Below, one piece after another: positions 37,201 through 51,516 of a DNA stretch of 64,000 nt. The translations under genes were made by a program, and so were the position numbers. The stretch comes from Malacoraja senta (lineage: Eukaryota), in assembly GCA_038087875.1 (NCBI GenBank), contig CM075987.1, positions 18,106,001 through 18,170,000 of the forward strand, given 5' to 3'. Under the pieces are notes generated by a model, which was not told where the DNA came from, ran no database searches, and was given only the letters and a program-made list of their open reading frames with translations. Position 1 is the stretch's first letter, and each line of letters opens with the position of its first letter.

Positions 37201-38075
37201 GCAAGGTGACTTGGATAGGCTGGGTGAGTGGGCAAATGTTTGGCAGATGCAGTATAATGTGGATAAATGTGAGGTTATCCACTTTGGTGGCAAAAACAGG
37301 AAAGCAGACTATTATCTAAATGGTGGCCGATTAGGAATAGGGGAGATGCAGCGAGACCTGGGTGTAATGGTACACCAGTCATTGAAAGTAGGCATGCAGG
37401 TGCAGCAGGCAGTGAAGAAAGTGAATAGTATGTTAGCTTTCATAGCAAAAGGATTTGAGTATAGGAGCAGGGAGGTTCTACCGCAGTTGTACAGGGTCTT
37501 GGTGAGACCACACCTGGAGTATTGCGTACAGTTTTGGTCTCCAAATCTGAGGAAGGACATTATAGCCATAGAGGGAGTGCAGAGAAGGTTCACCAGACTG
37601 ATTCCTGGGATGTCAGGACTTTCATATGAAGAAAGACTGGATAGACTTGGCTTATACTCGCTAGAATTTAGGAGATTGAGGGGGGATCTTATAGAAACGT
37701 ACAAAATTCTTATGGGGTTGGACAGGCTAGATGCAGGAAGATTGTTCCCGATGTTGGGGAAGTCCAGGACAAGGGGTCACAGCTTAAGGATAAGGGGGAA
37801 ATCCTTTAAGACCGAGATGAGAAAAATCTTTTCCACACAGAGAGTGGTGAATCTCTGGAACTCTCTGCCACAGAGGGTAGTTGAGGCCAGTTCATTGGCT
37901 ATACTTAAGAGGGAGTTAGATGTGGCCCTTGTAGCTAAAGGGATCAGGGGGGTATGGAGAGAAGGCAGCTACGGGATACTGAGTTGGATGATCAGCCATG
38001 ATCATATTGAATGGCGGTGCAGGCTCGAAGGGCCGAATGGCCTACTCCTGCACCTATTATCTATGTATCTATGTA
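34265..38075 (+). mobile_element. Near full-length CR1 LINE (ORF1 esterase C-terminus, ORF2 APE and RT), disrupted
   Basis: 'VHIGTND', 'DGLHLN'; 'CLNARSIRNK', 'MGDFN', 'SDHN'; RT '[12 protein letters not shown]', 'KFADDTK' with frameshift near 37165; (ATCTATGT) tail. Confidence 0.95.
35648..35830 (-). mobile_element. Short L2-like 3' tail inserted in CR1 ORF2
   Basis: Minus strand ends 'aaggcgctatataaataaac' + (TTTAC)n; interrupts ORF2 between 35650 and ~35830. Confidence 0.6.
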
Positions 38076-38079
38076 GCTA

Positions 38080-38942
38080 CCATGTGCTTTAAGTTTGTAT
38101 GCTAATCTCTTATGTGGGACCTTGTCGAAAGCCTTCTGAAAGTCTAGATATGACACATCCACTGGTTCTCCCTTATCCACTCTACTAGTTACATCCTCGA
38201 AAAATTCTATAACATTCGTCAGACATGATTTACCTTTCATAAATCCATGCTGACTTTGTCCAATGAACCCACCATTTTCCAAATGTGCTGCTATCCCATC
38301 TTTAATAATTGACTCCAGTATTTTCCCCACCACCGATGTTAGACTAACTGGTCTGTAATTCCCCGTTTTCTCTCACCCTCCCTTTTTAAAAAGTGGTGTT
38401 ACATTAGCTACCCTCCAGTCCTCAGGAACTACTCCAGAATCTAAAGAGTTTTGAAAAATGATCACTAATGCATCCACTATTTCTGCGGCTACTTCCTTAC
38501 GTACTCTGGGATGCAACTTATCCGGCCCTGGGGATTTATTGGCCTGTAATCCATTCAATTTACCTAACACCACTTCCCGGCTAACCTGGATTTCACTCAG
38601 TTCCTCCATCTCATTTAACCCCCGGTCCCTTGCTATTTCCAGCAGATTATCTATGTCTTCCTTGGTGAAGACAGAACCAAAGTAATTATTCAATTGGTCT
38701 GCCATGTCCTTGTTCCCCATGATCAATTCGCCTGTTTCTGACTGCAAGAGACCTACATTTGTTTTAACTAATCTTTTCCTCTTGACATATCTATAAAAAC
38801 TTTTGCAGTCAGTTTTTATGTTCCCTGCCAGTTTTCTTTCATAATATATTTCGCCTTTCCTAATTAAGCCTTTTGTCCTCCTCTGCTGGACTCTGAATTT
38901 CTCCCAGTCCTCTGGTAGGCTGCTTGTTCTGGCTAATTTGTA
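38080..38942 (-). mobile_element. Internal CR1 ORF2 fragment, inverted relative to 34265-38075
   Basis: ORFs 38373-38747 and 38061-38333 closely match the protein encoded at ~36085-36945. Confidence 0.93.
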
Positions 38943-41900
38943 GCTAATGTATAATTGGGTTATTCTTATGTATTGTGTTGTTCAGTTTTATCGGGGAGAA
39001 TAGGATCGCTCCTGTGTTACAAGGAGAACAATCCTCTTTCTCCATTCTTATCCATTCTGTCTGTTGGATAGAACTGTCCAACCAGTAAATTATATTCTTA
39101 ATATGCACTGCCCAATAGTAATACAAAAAGTTTGGAAGTGAGTCCCCCAATGTCTTTTGGTTTACACAAGTGTTTTCTTTGAATTCGGTGTGTTCTATAG
39201 TCCCAAATAAAATTAGTAATATTAGTCTAGTTTTTTTTTAAACGTTTTTTGGTATATATAATGGTATAGATTGAAATAGGTATAATAATTGTGGTAAAAG
39301 ATCCTTTTTATAGCGTTTATTCTACCTATTAATGATAACGGAAGTGTTTTCCAGAATTTAATCAACGCGTTGAGTTTATTTAATAAAGGCATAAATTTTA
39401 GCATTAAATAATGCTTTATATTTTCTAGTAATTTAAATACCCAAATACTTAATTTTTTCTGTTGCGATTTTAAAGGAGAATTTTAATAGGTGTGTAGCTT
39501 CTTGAGGTTTTAACGTCATGATTTCACTTTTATTCCAATTTATTCTATATCCAGAAAAGGAACCGAATTCCTCTATTAAATTTAATAAGTTTGGTATGCT
39601 CGTTTGTGAATTTGTAATGTATAAAAGTATATCGTCTGCATATTATTATTTGAGTCCCTAGCATTATATCCCTGAATATTTGGATGGATTCTTATACTTT
39701 CAGCCAGGGGCTCTATCATAAGGGCAAATAGCAGAGGTGATAAAGCACATCCCTGCCTATTGCCCCTTGATAATTGAAATTTTGGAGATAACATATTATT
39801 GGTTAATATTCTTGCCGTCGGTTTATCATATAATAATTTTACCCATCCAATAAAATTCTCTCCCATATTAAATGTTTGCAGTACTTTATATAAATACTGC
39901 CACTCTACCTGATCAAATGCTTTCTCTGCATCCAGGGAAACAATTGATATATCTTCTTCCTCCGTTTTATATGAGTACATTATATTAAACAGGCGTCTCA
40001 AATTATTAAATGAATGTCTTTTGGGTATAAACCCCGTTTGATCAGAATTTATCAATTTACCAATGTATTTACTCAATCTTCTTGCTAAGATCTTTGCTAA
40101 AATTTTCTGATCTGTATTTAAAAGTGATATGAGCCTGGTTCATCTAGATCTTTATCTTTTTTTGGTGTAAGCATAATAGTTGATTCAGCTAATGTTTCTG
40201 GTAGTTTATTTTCTTTAAAGGCGTGAGTATATAAATTAAGTAAGCATGGAGCCGTTATCTCGTGAAATCTTTTATAAAATTCATTACTAAAACCATCTGG
40301 CCCAGGCGTCTTACCATTTTTCAACGATTTTAATGTTTCACCTATTTCTTCAAGTGTAATCTGAGCTCCTAATTCCTCTTGTTCCGAAAGATCAAGTTTT
40401 GGAAGATTACAGTTATCTAAAAAATGTATAATTTTACTATCTTCTATGTTAGTTTTAGATGTATATAAATTTTGATAAAATTGAGCAAATCTATTGTTAA
40501 TATCCTTAGGTAATATTAATAATTCACCTTTCTCTGATTTAATTTTAGTGATAGTGTTTTCCTTTTCTTGTTTTTTCAATTGACGAGCTAAGAGTTTATG
40601 TGGCTTGTCACCAAATTCGAAATGTTCCTGTTTTGTAAGTTGGAATAATCTTATGACTCTTGCCGATAAAATTCGATTAAGTTTAAATTTCAGTAGTATT
40701 ATGTTTATCTGTAGTTGGATCTTTGGCATTATCTAACTCTAATTGTCTAATTTCTTGTTCTAGCATCAGTTGTTCTGTCTTATTCTTTTAATTTTGAAAA
40801 ATTTGATATGAGATTATAACTCCTCTGATAAATGCCTTGAAAGTTTCCCATGATCAAGAAGGTGAAATACCTGGTGTTTCATTTGTCTCAAAAAAAAATT
40901 TCATTTGTTGTTTTAAATATTTATAACCTTGTGGGTCGTTTAGAATTTGTGTGTTAAACCTGCAAAAGGATTTTTTACCCGGCATTCCCTCAAATTTTAA
41001 TAGAAAAGTCAATGGAGAATGATCGGAAATAATACTGGTGTGGTAAGAAGGATTAATTGTATATGGAATTAATTTTATATCCACTAAAAAATAATCAATT
41101 CGTGAATAAGTTTTATGTGCCGATGAGTAAAACGAGTATTCCCTTCCAGTTGGATTAGCAGTTCTCCATACATCTGTTATATTAGTATTTTTTATATATG
41201 TATTTAGAAGTTCACTAGTCTTAGATTTTAAATTACTCCTCCTTTGTTTTGCTGATTTGTCTAGATATGGATCTAAAGCGCAATTGAAGTCCCCCCTATT
41301 ATTACATTTTGGTAATTAAACTCTGATATTATATCTATAATTTTATTAAAAAATTGGGGGTTGTCAAAATTCGGAGCGTAAATATTTATCATAGTCAGTG
41401 GGTTAAATAAATTTCTCCCGAAACTATAATTTCCCTCTTTATCTGAAATAGTATTCTTTAATTTAAATGGTATACCTTTCTGAATAATAATAGCCTTACC
41501 TCTAGATTTAGAAGTAAATGAAGAATAATATGTTTGACCTATCCAATTTGCCTTCAATCTCATCTGTGTTTGTTGTTTCATGTGTGTTTCCGTCAAAAAC
41601 ATTATGTCACAATTCAAAGATTTTAATTGGGCAAAAATTTTACCCCTCTTAATTGGTTCATTGGCACCCCTTATATTCCAACTACAGAATGTAATTCCTC
41701 CATTCTTTATTTGTCTATCGTCTTGCATTATATATCAGTTTAGTGTTTTTGACTCATATGGTGCAACCAAATACCTCAGAACTCTGGGTGCTGGGTGGTC
41801 GTCCCGAACTTTTAAATTTATGTTACATCTCCTTCCTGTATAATACCTTAAGAAAAAAAAGAAAAAATGTGATGTGAAATTAGTTACAAAAAAAGTAAAC

Positions 41901-43432
41901 AAATAAAAATCTTTATAGTGATTTTTTTTTTTTAAAGTGATGTTAAGCTATCTAAGAGAAGATACCTTAAAAACAAGTAGCCACCTAAGGTGGCGAAAAA
42001 TTTATGGACTTCCATTGATGTTGTTGTACATTGAGCTCCATCCCCTTAACAGAGTCTCGTGAAAGGCTGCGGACCGTTTCATATGTTTAAACACATTTTT
42101 TTATCAAACCAGAGCCAGTAAAAACAGAAAGAATTCAGAAAAAGAGGTAAAAAATAAAAAAACAAAAATAAAACACAACGTATGTTCAGTTCTATAAGTA
42201 TATATGCCTTTCCAATTTATCTAACATTAATCTAGTCTAAACTTTACCATATATATCCACCCAAAGTTATTACATTATATCCCATTCTTTAACTTTAATA
42301 CAAGCAGGTTCCAAGGGGTTAAACAAAGTCATGCATTTGGATCTTTTCCAAGTGTATGTTGCTCCTGCCTCCTTCCCACACAATATTAGTTTGTTAGTAT
42401 TATTATGAACATTTTAGTTAATTACTGTATATTAGTATATATCATCAATATTAGTTAATTTCCCTTAACTATTTTAAATTTATGATATCAAAATTATGTA
42501 CACTCCCATTATCTCCTTCCCCGCTCCATGGGTTATTCATATTTGCTACTTACATTAACAGATAATTAGTATTATTAAATTTGTTAGATTAATTGATTAT
42601 TTATTATTAAAATATAGTAATTAAAGATTTTCTTAAATCAACAAATTTTAATATTCCAGTCAATAATGTTTCATTCCATGTCCCTTATTAATTCCCTCAT
42701 TAATTCTGTATCTTCAATGTCATTTTGTTTATCTTTAAGTTTTTCATTCAAGGTGAAACATGGACTGTACTCTCGAAAACACATTCCAGACAGATAAGCA
42801 TATCTGGTAACTGTCTGGAAAAGTTCCGCCATCTTAATTAGAGCAAAATCTTGTATTGAAAAGTTCAATCTTCATCCTTGTCGTCAACTTCACCCACTGT
42901 TTTCTTTACGATATCCTGTGCGTACTTAAAAGCCTTTTCGGGATCCGTAAATGAGCGTTCAGTGTCCTTATAAGTAATCTTCATTTTTGCTGGGTAGACA
43001 ACCCCATATCACACTTGGGGTATTCCTTTCAGAATATTTCTTGTCTGTGTAAACAAGATCCTTTTTTGGATGACTTCAAGGGGATAATCACGGAAGAATC
43101 TAATATTATCCCCAAAATATGTAAGATTCTCCCCATGGGTAATCTTATTCAATATATTTTCCAGTGAAGAGATGTTGAGGAATTTCACAATTATCTGCCT
43201 TGGAGGAGCACTTATCCCTTTTGGAACGCGTCCAACCCGGTGAGCGACATCTATTCTTGGGTATTCCAGCAGTTTAAAAACATCTTTAAGTAAGTCAGCA
43301 ACGAAAGTACATGTTTGAGATCCACGCCCCTCTCGTCCTTCCTTTACTCCAAAAATTCTTAAGTTCTGCCTTCTCGATCTCGCCTCCAAGTCCAAACATT
43401 TATCAGTCATTCTCACGAGTTGCTCTCCCTCA
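38943..43432 (-). mobile_element. L1/Tx1-like LINE (copy 2 of 1-3920, with extra 3' sequence visible)
   Basis: Near-identical to 1-3920 at offset 39512. Confidence 0.93.
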
Positions 43433-46400
43433 GATTCCTATAGTTCCTAAAGGGTCTAAATCACCTCGGAAGAAACGCCCTGTGGAAACTGTGGAAAGTG
43501 AAGAAGCCTCTGAAGAATAAGCCTCCACTTCAAGTATGGAAGCAGCTAGACAACCTTTGTGGAAGAAATCAAAACTTTATTGGGTGTGCAACTTGTGGTT
43601 GTAAAGTCGGAAATCGCTTCTGGGAGAGCAGAAATCTGTGAAAAGATCCATAAGATAGATGTCCGCAGAGAGGACGTGAATTCCTCTCTGAAGGGGAAAA
43701 TTAAAAGTCTTGAAATTGATATCAGCCGTAAGTTGGAACCCATTCTCGTTACTTCTAAACAACATAGTGAAGCCATTCGAGAATTAGAAGCTGCTACTAC
43801 CGAAAATGCTGAGACAACACACAGACTGATGGCTGAACTGGAGCGTATTTCTGGGCAACTTGCCAAGGTGACTGAAAAATGTTTTGATCTGGAAGGGCGT
43901 TCTAAATGCCAGAATTAAAGGATTGTTGGGGGTGGATGAGAAGGACAGGGAGAAGGAGGAAGAGAGTGAGAGTCTGGGTAAGTGCTGGCAAGTATTGAGC
44001 AAGTCTTGGCAAGTCTGGGCGAAGTTCAGAGATTGAATTGGAATGCGTGGGGAAGGTGGTGGGAGGCAGAGGGAGGCAGAGAGGGAGGGGGAGAGAGAGA
44101 GAGATTGCTTTGTCTATGTAAACTACATCTGTAATCAACAACCTACCACAAGCTCACCGACTCTGAATCGGTTAATAGTTGACTTAATATACTAATACTA
44201 GTAAGTTACATAATAAGTTTCGTATATTAATCTAATATCCAATATTTAACTACCAGATTTATTGTATGCTTTTATATTGTGTTTATACTTAATATGCCGT
44301 TATAAAGTTGCCGATACAAAGTCGGCTAAAATGTCAAACAGAGAACTTGACAGATTGCATGACAGAGCGAGAGGGAGTATGGTAGAGAAAGGGAGTGTTA
44401 GGGGTAGAGCAGTAGAGAGTTAGAGGTAGAGGGAGCGAGAGGGAACGCGGGAGTGTTAGAGAGCCATCTAGATAAGTGAGAATTAGTTTGGGGAAGTTGT
44501 GGAAAGCTTGGGGAGTGTAGGGACCGGGGGAAGGCGAGAGAGACAGGGAGATGTAAAGAGAGAGAGAGAGAGAGGGGTTGATTAAGTGTTGGGAGGTATT
44601 GAGCAAGTTGTGGTAAGTCTTGGGGAAGTTTAGAAATTGCACCGGAATGTGTGGGAAAGCTGGTGGGAGGCAAAGGGAGGCAGAGTGGGGGAGACAGAGA
44701 GAGAGAGACTGCTTTGCCTATGCAAACTGCAGGTGGAATTAACAGATTGCTATAAGTTCACCAACTTTGAACCGGTCAATAGTTTAACATATTAATATCA
44801 GAAAGCTATCTAATAAGTCTTATATATTAATCTAAATACCCAATATCCATTTATCTACTGAGTGTACAAAAAGATACTTAACCTTTTGGGAATATTGATT
44901 ACTTGACAAACTTGTACACTTTTTTATACTGTTCTATTCAGTGTTTTCTAACTCCTTAAGGAGCGGCGTTATTCGATATTAACATCTACGGAAGTTATCA
45001 CGAATTACACCACTAAGGGGTGGTATTCACTAGCAGCATGTCTTTATGCTGCAATTTCTGCTGTCTTTTTTTTCACCTTTTATTTTTTTCCACGGGATCG
45101 TTCATCTATTCTTCTTAACGCACTTTTTTTTCTAGGAGATACCTCCAGGGGTTAGGGGGAAATGGAACAGGGCTCACCCAACCCAGCAACTAAAAGATTC
45201 ATTTAAAGTATTGTGTTGGACCATTTGAAACAAAGGAAACCATGTCAGCTTTAAAATGCAAGACGATGCCACTAGGAAAATTGGAGGAACTACATTTTGT
45301 AGTTGGAACGTCAGGGGCGTTAATGAGACGAATAAAAGGGGTAAAGTTTTAGCCCATTTAAAATCTATTAATACTGATATAATATTTTTACAAGAGACGC
45401 ATCTCAAAAATGGAGCTCATAACAGGCTGAAGGCTAGCTGGATTGGTCAATTATATCACTCTACTTTTCTTTCCAAAGCAAGACGTACTGCAATTCTAAT
45501 TTGCGAAGGTATACCATTTAAACACAATCCTCTATAGCCGGTAAGGAAGGTAGGTACATTATAGTATCTGGAGAATTACATCAACCCCTCTTACTATGGT
45601 GAATATCTACGCTCCTAATTTTGATAACCCACAATTTTTTAATAAAATATTTAATATAATTTCAGACACCTGTCAGCAAAATATGATAATTGGAGACCTT
45701 AATTGTGTGTTAGATCCATATTTGGATAAATCTTCACAGTAAAGGAGAAACACTTCAAAATCAAATTCCAGTGAACTTTTAAATACTTACATAAACACAA
45801 ACATAACCGATGTATGGAGGATTGCCAACCCATCTGGGAAGAGAATACTCTTTTTATTCAGGTGTTCACAAAACGTATACACAAATTGATTATTTTCTGG
45901 TGGATTCAAAACTGATCCCTTTTACATTCAATCCTAAATATCACAGTAACATTATTTCTGACCATTGTCCATTAACCTTCTCCTTAAAACTACAGTAGAA
46001 GGAATGCATAAGAAAAAAACATTCTGGAGATTTAATCCACAAATACTAACTGAGCCAGGTTGCTGTGATTACCTGAAGCAACAGATGGAATTATTCTATG
46101 AGACAAATGACACACCTGGTATTTCGGCTACATTATTGTGGGAATCTTTCAAGGCCTTTATCAAAGGCTGTTTTATTTTGTACCAAGCTTTTCAAAATAA
46201 AAAAAACAGGTTGGAACAATTGGAATTAGAAAAACAGATTAAACAGCTTGATTCAGAAAATGCGATTGATCCATCTACTGTTAAACGTAATAAGATAGCA
46301 GCATTAAAATTTAAATTAAATCAGATCCTCTTGGCAAAAGTTGTTAAGATATTTCAATACACTAAGCAAAACATTTTCGAATTTGGTAATAAACCGCACA

Positions 46401-48481
46401 AACTTCTGGCACGCCAACTGAGAAAAATGGAAAAAGATCACATCATTCAAAAAATTAGATCAGAAAAAGGTGAGCTGCTCACACTTGCCAAAGATATTAA
46501 TGAAAGATTCCTAAAATTCGATCAAAATCTATATGCATCGAAAACATCTGCCGACTGCAAAGGTCAAAAACTTTCTTGACAATTGCAACCTCCCATCACT
46601 TAATGAGGAGGAACGAGAAGAATTAGGTGCTGAGATTACAATAAAAGATATTGAAGGGACTATTAAATCACTGAATAGTGAGAAAACGCCAGGTCCAGAT
46701 GGGTTCAGTAATGAATTCTATTTAAAAATGCAATGATTTAATTTCTACGAGCCCTTTATATACATGCTTTTAAAGAACAGACCTTTCCACAAACCCTTGC
46801 CGTATCAACCATTACATTGATACCTAAAAAAGGCAAAAATCTTGAAGAGCCTGGATCATACAGAGCAATAGCTCTTCTAAGTACAGATCAGAAAATATTA
46901 GCCAAAACTTTGACAAGAAGACAAATTCTGTACATTAGTAAATTAATACATCCAGACCAAACTGGATTTATACCTAAGCGACATTTGTTTCATAATTTGA
47001 GACGTCTGTTTAACATAATGTATTCACACAGAATGATAAATGAAGATTTAACAATTATTTCTTTAGATGCAGAAAAAGCATTTGACCAAGTAGAATGGGC
47101 CTATCTCTTTACAGTGTTGGAAAAATTCCACTAGGAGAAAATTTTATTTCATGGGTAAAGCTGTTATATAACAATCCGACCACCAGAATATTGACAAATC
47201 AAATTCTGTCACCTAAATTTTAATAATCCAGGGGTAATAGACAAGGATGTGCCCTTTCACCAATGTTATTTGCCTTAGCCATAGAACCCTTAGCCATAGA
47301 AAGCATAAGAGTACATCCGGGCATTCATGGATACAATACTAAACATACCAATAACAAGATTTCATTATATGCAGACGATGTACTTTTATACATCACCAAT
47401 TCTCAAGTCAGTATCCCAAATATATTAAACCTTATAGAACAATTTGGTTCCTTCTCAGGGTAGAGAATAAACTGGAATAAAAGTGATGCCAATAAAAGCT
47501 CAAGACCATTCACAACTCCAAAAATTCCCTTTCAGAATTGTTACTGAAAAATTCAGATACCTTGGAGTCTGTGACTAGAAAATACACCTCTCTATTTCAA
47601 ACAAATTTCCCACCATTAATTACTAAATTAAATGCCCTCATTCAATTTTGGAAAACATTCCCTATTTCCCTTATAGGTAGAGTAAATGCCATAAAGATGA
47701 TTCCACAACTCCTATACCTATTTCAATCAATACCGATTTATCTCCCTAAAAGGACAAAAAAAAACTTGACTCTGTTATCACAAATTTCATTTGGGATTAT
47801 AAGACCCATAGAATACATAAACGACAATTATGTAAATCTAAAGAAAATGGAGGATTAGCACTCCCCAATTTCCTTTTCTACTACTGGGCGACTAATATTA
47901 AAAACTTAATCTAATGGATGGATGATACATGTCAACAGGTAAACTATTAATATAGGCGCGATTCTTCTTTCTCCAACATCTGAATAAATCAACGTATGAG
48001 CAAAACCCGATAATACACAGTACCCTACGCATTTGGAAACAGTTGAAATTAAGTCTCAAACTGAGAAATTTCTCTCTCCTTTTACCAATCGCTAACGATC
48101 CCTCGTTTAAACCGTCTAATTTAGATAAGGCGTTTGCACAATGGAAAAACCCAGGAATTAAAATGGTGGGAGATCTTTACGAGAAGGGGATTTTCCTCTT
48201 GCTTCAAAAATTACAGGAGAAATATCATTTGAAAGCAAGTAATTTTTTGGATATCTTCAAATCCGAGACTATGTGAAAACATATACACAAGTGTCACTTC
48301 ATGGGTCCAGATATACTAGATGAATGCATGAATAGACAGGTTGATACAAGCAAGTTAAGTCCTACATTTACAACACTCTTTTAATTGCACACATCCCATC
48401 TTCTAAGATGCATAGACGAGCATGGGAAGATGAATTGGGTTTATTAATTTCAAAGGATAGCTGGGAGGAAAGCCTTCTATA
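43433..48481 (+). mobile_element. L1/Tx1-like LINE (copy 2 of 3921-8968)
   Basis: Near-identical sequence. Confidence 0.92.
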
Positions 48482-51400
48482 TCTATTTTACTAAAACTAA
48501 GATCTTGACCGTTTTTGACTTTCTGTTTCGTGATTTCCGAGAGAGCGCCGCCACATATGGCCGTCATTTTTGCTCACCTCGCTCAGAGTCCCCCTCCGCC
48601 GGATTGGACTGGAGGATTTTTCCCATCGATGAAAAATCAGAGGGTTATTAATGTTTTAAAAAATGTCATCATTCTCTCTGCAGTCCCCGCTGGCGGCAGG
48701 GGGCAGGGACTATAAAACCCGCAAGTGTCGTGCCTCACTCAGTCTCTGCGAGACGGAGGAAGCGAGAGGGTCATCGCTCTCTGAGCTGCGAATAACACTG
48801 AACACACGTCTACTCCACGGTGAGGCCCCTCGATGTCGTTGAAAAGTGTTTGCCAAATTGTCTTGCCTTTTAAAGACTTTTCAGAAAATGTGTTTGTTGC
48901 TTGCAAAGTGTTTGCCAAATTGGCTTGGCTTTTAAAGACTTTTCAGAAAATGTGTTTGTTGTTGGGAAAGTGTTTTCCAAATTAGCTTGGCTTATAAAGA
49001 CTTTCCAGAAAATGTGTTGGTTGTTTGCAAGGTTTTTGCCAAGTTGGCTTGGCTTTTAAAGACCCTTCAGAAAATGTGTGTGTTGTTTGCAAAGTGTTTG
49101 CCAAATTGGCTTGGCTTTTAAAATGCGTGCAACAGTTTTCGGATGGATAAAGCGTTAATAAACATTTTATTAGATCAGGACTGTGTTTAATTGCAAAATT
49201 GGCGCTCATTTCGTGATTTCCGCCCAGTTGCAAGATTGCGCCATTGACGTCTTTTACGGTTAGCGGCATGCTGGCGCTGAGTGCGTCATTTCCGGTTCAT
49301 GGCAAGAAGCGGGACATCAAGATGGCGCCGAGTGCAGGGACCGTTGAATAATTCCAGAGAGCTGACTGCTCTGTCTATGGCGAATGTGTTTGTTGGACGT
49401 TATTTAAAGCATGTTTTTGCTTCAGCAGCAGCCTCTACAGCAGGCTTTAAACGTTTGAATCGTTCGGTTCACACACTGTATGTTCACCACGTTCTGAAGT
49501 TAGTTGCCATTTTAGTATTGGGTGTGAGTGTGTGTCTGTGTCTGTGTGTGTGTCTGTGTGTGTGAGTGAGTCTGTGTTTAGTGTGTGAGTCTGCGTCTGT
49601 GTGCGTGAGTAAGTCTGTGTGTGTGAGTGAGTGTGTGTGTGTGTGTGTGTGTGAGTCTGTGTGTGTGTGTGAGTGAATGACTCTGTGTGTGTGAGTGAGT
49701 CTGTGTGTGTGTGAGTCTGTGTGTGTGAGTGAGTCTGTGTGTGTGTGAGTCTGTGTGTGTGTGTGTGTGAGAGAGTGAGTCTGTGTGTGTGTGTGACTGT
49801 GAGTGAGTCTGCATGTGTGTGTGAGAGTGAGTCTGTGTGTGTGAGAGTGAGTCTGGGTGTGTGTGCGTGAGTGTGTGTGTGTGTCTGTGTGTGTGTCTGT
49901 GTGTGTCTGTGTGAGTGAGTTTGTGTGTATGTGAGAGTGAGTCTGGGTGTGTGTGTGAGTATGTGTGTGTGTGGCTGTGTGAGTGAGTCTGTGTGTGTGT
50001 GAGAGTGTGGGTCTGAGAGTGTGTGTGTGTGTATAGGGGGTTGCACATAAGGTCACCGGTTCAAAGGGCTTGACGCACGGAGCCGCTCAATCCATCTGGA
50101 GGACATCACAGCTTCCGGTATATGTTGTTATGTTAATATACGAAACGCGTGCTTTCCTACCTGTAAAAAAATGCTAAAATGGTGAATTTTTGCGCTGTAA
50201 ATAATTGTGGAAGTCGGGGTAACTGTGAGAGACATCTATCCTACTTCAGAATTCCAAAAGTGAAGAGAAATGAAGGTAAAGGGAAGTGAGAACTGAAGGG
50301 ACAACAACAGCTAAAGTGCTTGGCGAACATTGGCCATGTGAGTCTGTGTGTGTGTTTGTGTCTGTGTGTGTGTTTGTGTCTGTGTGTGTGAGCATGTGTG
50401 AGTCTGTGTGTGTGTCTGAGGGTCTGTGTGTGTGTGTGTGTGTGTGTGTGAGGCTGTCTGTGTGTGTGTGAGTCTGTGTATGCGTGAGTCTGTGTGTGAG
50501 TGTGTATGAGTCTGTCTGAGGGTCTGTGTGTTTGTGAGTCTGTGTGTGTACGTGTGTGTGTGTGAGTCTGTGTCTGTGTGTGTGTCTGTGTGTGTCTGAG
50601 AGTCTGTGTGTGTGTGTGTGCGTGTGTGTCTGAGAGTCTGTGTGTCTGTGTGTGCCTGTGTGTGTCTGTGTGTGTGTGTGTGTGTGTGAGTCTGTGTGTG
50701 TGTGAGTCTGTGTGTGTGTGCGAGTCTGTGTGAGTCTGTGTGTGTGTGTCTGTGTGTGTGTGTGTGTGTCTGAGTGTGTGTCTGTGAGTGTGTGTGTGAG
50801 ACTATTTTTTAGTGTCTGTGTGTGGTGGAGGGTGTGTGTGTGATCAACAAATAACAAATAGTACAAATAATATAGTCTTTCGTAGTTCAGAGATTATTTG
50901 TTGTTTAATAGCCTGATGGCTCTCAGGAAGCTGTTCCTCAATGTGGATGTTACAGTTTTCAGTTTACAAATGTTGGACGTGACTCCAGAAGTCGGGCATA
51001 AGTAAGTCAGTCCACAAGCCGTGATTCAGTCTGTCAGTCCAGAGGCCATGAGTGAGTCAGTCAGTCAGTCCAGAGACCATGAGTTAGTCCCAAGGCACTG
51101 AGTGAGTCCAGAGGCCATGAGTAGGTCACTCACCGCCCCCCCCCCCCTCACTGACATCCCCCACCTCAAGACGCTGCCCTCCGCCTGGCTATAGGATGCT
51201 CCCCGTCCTGAAGCCGCCTCCATCCCCCGCTGCAGGACACCCCCCTCCCTCATCAGCCCACGAGAGCCCCCGCCTGAAGCCATCCCCCTCCCTCGGCAGC
51301 AGGACGTTTGCCACCCCCCACCCCACCCCGACAGCCCCCGCCTCAAAAATATGTCTTGCACAAATTCTTCAGTGAGTCCAGAAGATTGAGAATTACAACA

Positions 51401-51516
51401 AAACTATGGAATTCTTTAATTTGCCACAACCAAGAAATGGAAGGGTGCACCTTGATTATGACAATCCAGTTTTACTGCAGGAATTGCAATACGATAGAAC
51501 TGAACAACACCAATTT

